Part shown: positions 59,077 to 64,000 of the stretch, in pieces
Layout: each line of letters begins with the position of its first letter
Position numbering within the stretch: position 1 is the first letter of the stretch
Source: Patellaria atrata CBS 101060
Lineage: Eukaryota
Direction of reading: 5' to 3'
DNA: 64,000 bases
Assembly (NCBI GenBank): GCA_010093705.1
Contig: MU006092.1
Coordinates: 68,623 to 132,622, forward strand
Notes under the pieces: generated by a model
Database searches by the model: none
What the model was told of the DNA's origin: nothing
What the model saw: the letters and a program-made list of their open reading frames with translations, nothing else
Made by a program: the position numbers and the translations under genes

Positions 59077-62000
59077 ATGTTTTCTCCAGATGCAACTATA
59101 CACAGCGGCCACACGAACTCGCTCCGCAACCCGCGACGGCGCCAGCGCAACGACTCTGAAGGCGTTCGCCATCCTCGAAAGCGAAGCAAAATCTCTAGCG
59201 AGACATTCTCCCCATCTCCTGATAAAATCCCCAATGGAAATGGGTTCCTAGGTGTTAATGGTCATGCGCGGAACGAAAATCGAGCTGAAAGCGTCTCCCT
59301 TCGAGAAGTCCCTGTGCGAGAAAAGAAACTCAATGGCGTGGGGAAGAGGGCCACGAAAGGAGACGGGAGCATTGTTCTCGTAGGATAAGCCAAACGATTG
59401 CCATCTCGCGTGGGTATAGCTGACAGAAATCATCCTAGACACAGAATCCACACTATAGCGTTAGACAGCTACCGTCGATCCCCGATCAACTGGAAGCGGA
59501 GTCAAGTATGCTATTCCAATCAACCATATACTTTGAAGGTCTCACTAGCTGATACACGGATGTAGCTCCTTATCGTGGATCATCTCTTCCATTTTCAAAT
59601 TTGGCATTAGCTCTCACATTTAACAAAGCTTTTATTTGGGATTATACGCTCCCAACAACATCGCCTACTACTCGGACTGTGGACTTGCCGTACTCGACAA
59701 GACTCACCGAACCACTTCCATTAGGGTCTTTGGTTACAAGTGGCCCTTCGAGAGAGGTAGGGCTCGTAGTAGTCTTTCCTAGTACAGGACATATCAAGTT
59801 TTGGGAGGATGTCGACAATGTTGCATCTCTCAATCTCTTGAAGAACCATCGCGGGGGCCTTGATAGCAAGGTTCACCTTCCAGACAAAGCAACAATTACC
59901 GAAATAATCGACGCAGGTCATGCCGGCTTCATTCTCCTCCTCAGCAATGGTCAGCTGGCGCAACTTATGGTCCGAGACTCTCAAGGACGGTCAAATATCA
60001 ATGTTGACTTCCTTCCGTTCGACGGAACGAGCGCAAATAATGGTCTGTTCTCCATTTCCGGTTTTGGAAAAATATTCCGTGTTCATAAGTGCAAACATGA
60101 TATTGCTGCTGCTAAAGTTCGACCATCGACAACAAAGGGTCAGATGGAGGTTGTGGCGACAAGTTCCTCTGGTTTGTTTAAGATTTGGAATATCAACTGG
60201 TCCGGTCAGCACGCACTTGACTTCGAGGTGGATGCTCATGAGGAAATCGCTGCAGCCGTCTACTCCGATCTCGACCACGATTCAAGTCATAACTCAACTA
60301 TAAAGGTGATTGACTTTGCGTTTCTACCGGAACCTTTTGGGACGATAAGCGATGTTGCGAGACAAAAATCAAAACGGACCATTCAGACCTTGGCCTTAGT
60401 GTCTGTTGCTAATACTTCTAGTTTGCGCTACTCATTAGTCGAAGTTGACCTTCATTCTGGAGGTTCAGACATACGCCGTGCCTTTCCCCTTGATTCTTAC
60501 CGAAGTTCTATCACAAACCACGACTGCAAAGTACCAAAGTTGCTGCTCCCGCACCCGGGGCATACGGTTACCATAGTATTCGAGGATGCTGTTGTGCTAG
60601 CTTCGCTGCAGATTAAAGAGTCGAGTCCGGAGAGTCAACTGTTAGCCGACTCTGGAGAACTCCAATCGCCGTATCAAGATTGTTTCTACCTCAATATCAA
60701 AGACGGGTTTTCGCTTCAGGGACACGAGATCGAAGATCGGACTGGAAAGGATACTCTGTCTCAATGTATATTATTCTCATACCCAGCTGGAATAGTACGA
60801 ATCACTACCCTAGATCCTGAAAAATTTGATAACGGCACGGATACCGCTCGCGTTACCGCTAAAAGCAAGATAGAGCAGGTTGTATTCTTTAGTGGTGTAC
60901 CCGGCCAAATCATCGACTTCTCCCGTAAGCCGGAATTGCAATTCTCCAATGACGAGGTTGAGTTGGCGGCTCTTCATGTCAGTAAAGATATCCTGAGATC
61001 GAATTCCGAAACCTTCCAGGCTATGGCCTTCAATATGGATCGACAACTCTCGATGCGTGCGCAATCACTGCATCTTTTGGCTGTGTATATTTCAGCAAAC
61101 TATCCATCGATATCGCATTCTTGTAAGTGGAAACTTCTCCGGGATGCTGAAAAACTAGCCAGTGTAAGAAAGGTTTGGAAATATCATGACCGAAACCTAC
61201 AGAACGAAACACCTCAACAGCGGCTACTTCTCCCAGAATGGCTCGAAATAGTTCATGGTCGTCATAAGACGGAGGCCCGCGTGGAAATAGGTGAGCTTGA
61301 CTTGGTACGCCAATGGTTCACGAGGGATGTATCTCGCTGGGAATCACTGGTACCATCTGCGTATGCTTATCTACAGGTCAACTGCAAGGGGGGCGGCTTT
61401 GCTCTGGCTGACCTCCTACATCAAGCTTTGGAAACCGTTGAGATTGTATACGGCTCACTTCACGCAGCTTTGGAATTCAGAGAGCTGCATGCGGAAAATT
61501 ACGGTCTGATCGGCGAGGATTTTGAAAACGGCATTCTCCGAAGTAACTACGAAGGGCTCCCAGAGTTTTGGACATCTTCACACAATCTCGTTAACACAAC
61601 AAGAACATTGGTGAAATTGGTTTCACAACAAATTGGCAGACCCGACGATGATATAGACGACACATTGAATGCTGAAGTAGCTCAGTCACTCCCTAAACTC
61701 GCTAGACTCTGTTGCGTACTCAACATTGAGCGGTATACATGGTATTTACACCAGGATGACGCGGAAAAACGAGTCATTGGGGAGAGAATCAAGAGAGAAT
61801 TTGATACGGTTGTCCAGCATGAATTACTCACTGCCCTTAATTTAGCGGATCAACAAGAACAAGGGATCGAAATTGCCGAATGGCTTCGCAACATGACCGA
61901 ACTCGTCAATCTCATCTCCACACAGTTCAATATGTTGTTTGATACAGTGAGAGACTTTGGAGACAGAGAAGGCCAATACAAATCTATGGCTGATAACCAA

Positions 62001-63353
62001 CTTGATATTGCCAAAGAGCGCCTCCAACATTTCTTCAACAAATATGGCAACGATTTTGCGACCCCATACTTTCTAAGATACCTCGAAACAAAACAACCGG
62101 CTTTGATTTTCAACCCTAGTATGTCTAATTCGCAATATCGCAAAGAATTCTTACAAGCGGACCCCAGCCGCGCCAAATTGAGATGGATCAATGAGGTGAT
62201 AGTCGAAAAGAACCCTCACGAAGCTGCGAATGCTCTTCTGACCGTAGCCGAGACACAAGAGACAAACATTTGGTGTAAGAAGGTTGAGTTGTCGATTGCG
62301 AAGCTTTCCCTGCTTGCAGCCGACAAAATCGCCGCTCTCCAGAGAAACTCCACCGAACTCAAGCTCACTACACTTCAAAACAAGCTATACAATCATATTA
62401 GCCTTACTGTACTAGAATCCCTAGATCAAGACTCGGCCCTAGATCTTGTTATGGGTACGTACGCAGCTAAGCGTGTACATCGACGTCCCGGTGTTAGGCA
62501 AGTCATCCGCCTCGGCTTCGAGCTTCTGATCAATCAACGTGTGCTCGACGCGGACATGCTTATTGATATCTTGACTCTAATGGACCACGAAAAGAGTCAG
62601 TCGAGCGCAGACGATATCAGTGGACAGCAATTTTATCTCGCTCTGGATGTGCTTGCAACATCTAAGTCTAGCAAGAGTCCGTTCATATACGAGTCCCTTC
62701 AGAAACTCATTTGGAAGAGATGTTACTTTATGGATGACTGGAACACGATCAATAAGACAGAAGGAAAGTCGGATGAGCATGTTGGCCGGGTGTTGCAGAA
62801 AACAGTACTCTTCAGGACACTGAAAGCATGCGCAAAGGCCAGTAAGTTGCGTCCTCTCACTTTCGCTTCACGCCGTAATAGCTCGTTGTAATACGGTCTG
62901 CTAACTGCAATACTAGCTCTACTAAAGGGCGCACCTCATGTGATCCCGATTCCTCCATCGGAATGTGTATCTGCGGGGTGTTCTCCTCAAGAGCTCATCC
63001 ATCGTTTCCCTTCGGAGGATATGCATCATCACGTCATGTCGGATAATGCCAAAGATGGCGAACAACTAACTAAGTACATAGAGCATGCCCGTTTAGATGA
63101 GTGGGTTAAAGCGTGTGATGACTTGGCTATTCAAATAGTGAATAAGGAAGGGGATGATGAGGCAGAAGAGAAGAGACTAGAGCAGGAGGGTGTGCTGGGA
63201 TGGAAAGAAAAGCCTTCGACTGACTGGGTGTTGGAAGAAGAAGACGACGAGAGAGTGACAGGGGCTCGAAGTGCTGCCACAAGCACATTTAATGGAGATG
63301 ATGAGGCTGAAGGAAGCGGGGAGCAGAGCGATACTGAGATGGGAGGTATGTAG
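59077..63353 (+). CDS. NUP133: Nucleoporin Nup133; 4 exons
   Basis: About 1350 aa. Disordered N-terminus (RNPRRRQR), propeller with GLVVV.P.TG.I.FWE, helical C-terminus with WINEV and KKVELSIAKL, and IWKRCY..DDW. Confidence 0.9.
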
Positions 63354-64000
63354 GACGTGCGTGATATAGGCTCGCGCCTAATCGCGGTCTTTTACTTAAG
63401 CTTTGGTGAAGCCACTCTTAGGCGCGGTTTCTTGTACATATCATATTCCGCAGCGGGATTGCATACGGTTGGCGTTGAGCGTGCATGCTCCATTTGGGGA
63501 ATATCGTGATGCTGGATGCATCACCGCTGACAACTAGTCTGGATGGGTTGGGCGTTTTTATAGTTTAAAAGTTCAAAGACGTTAGAGTGATATATGTACA
63601 CTCAGGCTTTGGAAGACGTCTCATGTTGAGTGTTGTACTGTACCCATATACCGATACAACCATAGCATCGAAACCAAAGGCGACGTGCAGACTTTAAGGG
63701 TAAGTATCTGTAGAAGGTGGGTTTAGATTTCTTGTCAGATACAGTCGTGCTCTTGATTGCAGTAAGTTCGGGGTCGTCTAGAAGATACAGTGTGGGCCTG
63801 CGTGGATGCCGCACTCCGGAGAAGGCTCCTACATGATACCTTATTGTACCTGCATAAGGGTAACTTACAGGACCGGTTACATTACCTGACAGTTGTTAAT
63901 CCTGCGACTTAAATATCGTACTGTACTGTACGATATTATATAGATGAAAGAAGAGAGTCTACCTTAAGTACTCTCACCCCAGTATAGTGGAGGGATGCAA

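Noticed and set aside
1..64000. Many overlapping antisense and alternate-frame ORFs; transposons, tRNA, rRNA, CRISPR
   Set aside because: The shadow ORFs are explained by real genes on the other strand or frame. I saw no transposase, RT, LTR, TIR, tRNA cloverleaf, rRNA or repeat-spacer array.

Overview
This is a gene-dense window from a filamentous ascomycete (Pezizomycotina), judged from short GT-AG introns with CTRAC/CTRAY branch points, Zn2Cys6 transcription factors and HET remnants. I can support about 23 intact protein-coding genes, mostly housekeeping: a mitochondrial NAD carrier, MPP10, an SPX/VTC-like protein, an SDR, MCT1, a Zn2Cys6-acetyltransferase fusion, bL17m, MIC12, an R3H/SUZ protein, a ZCCHC10-like zinc knuckle, cwf18, a PPR protein, TCP11/IQ, a NirA-like TF, RPS23, NDUFS7, TRAPPC2L, an AFG1-like ATPase, an STF2-like protein, DRE2 and NUP133. 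There are also two pseudogene remnants (a PD-(D/E)XK-like/DUF7924-type gene and a HET domain) and a 9-bp minisatellite spanning a 100-N assembly gap. The most striking signal is in the zinc-knuckle gene: its CX2CX4HX4C motif forms only if a 52-nt AT-AC intron with major-spliceosome-type signals is removed, and a competing GT-AG splice stays in frame but destroys the knuckle. Other notable points are a start codon split by an intron (A|TG), a possible membrane microprotein nested in an unusually long SDR intron, paired Pho4-type boxes upstream of the SPX gene, and strongly over-represented intergenic words (TACTCCGTA, TACTGTAC). All family calls come from recognising motifs by eye; no database searches were run.
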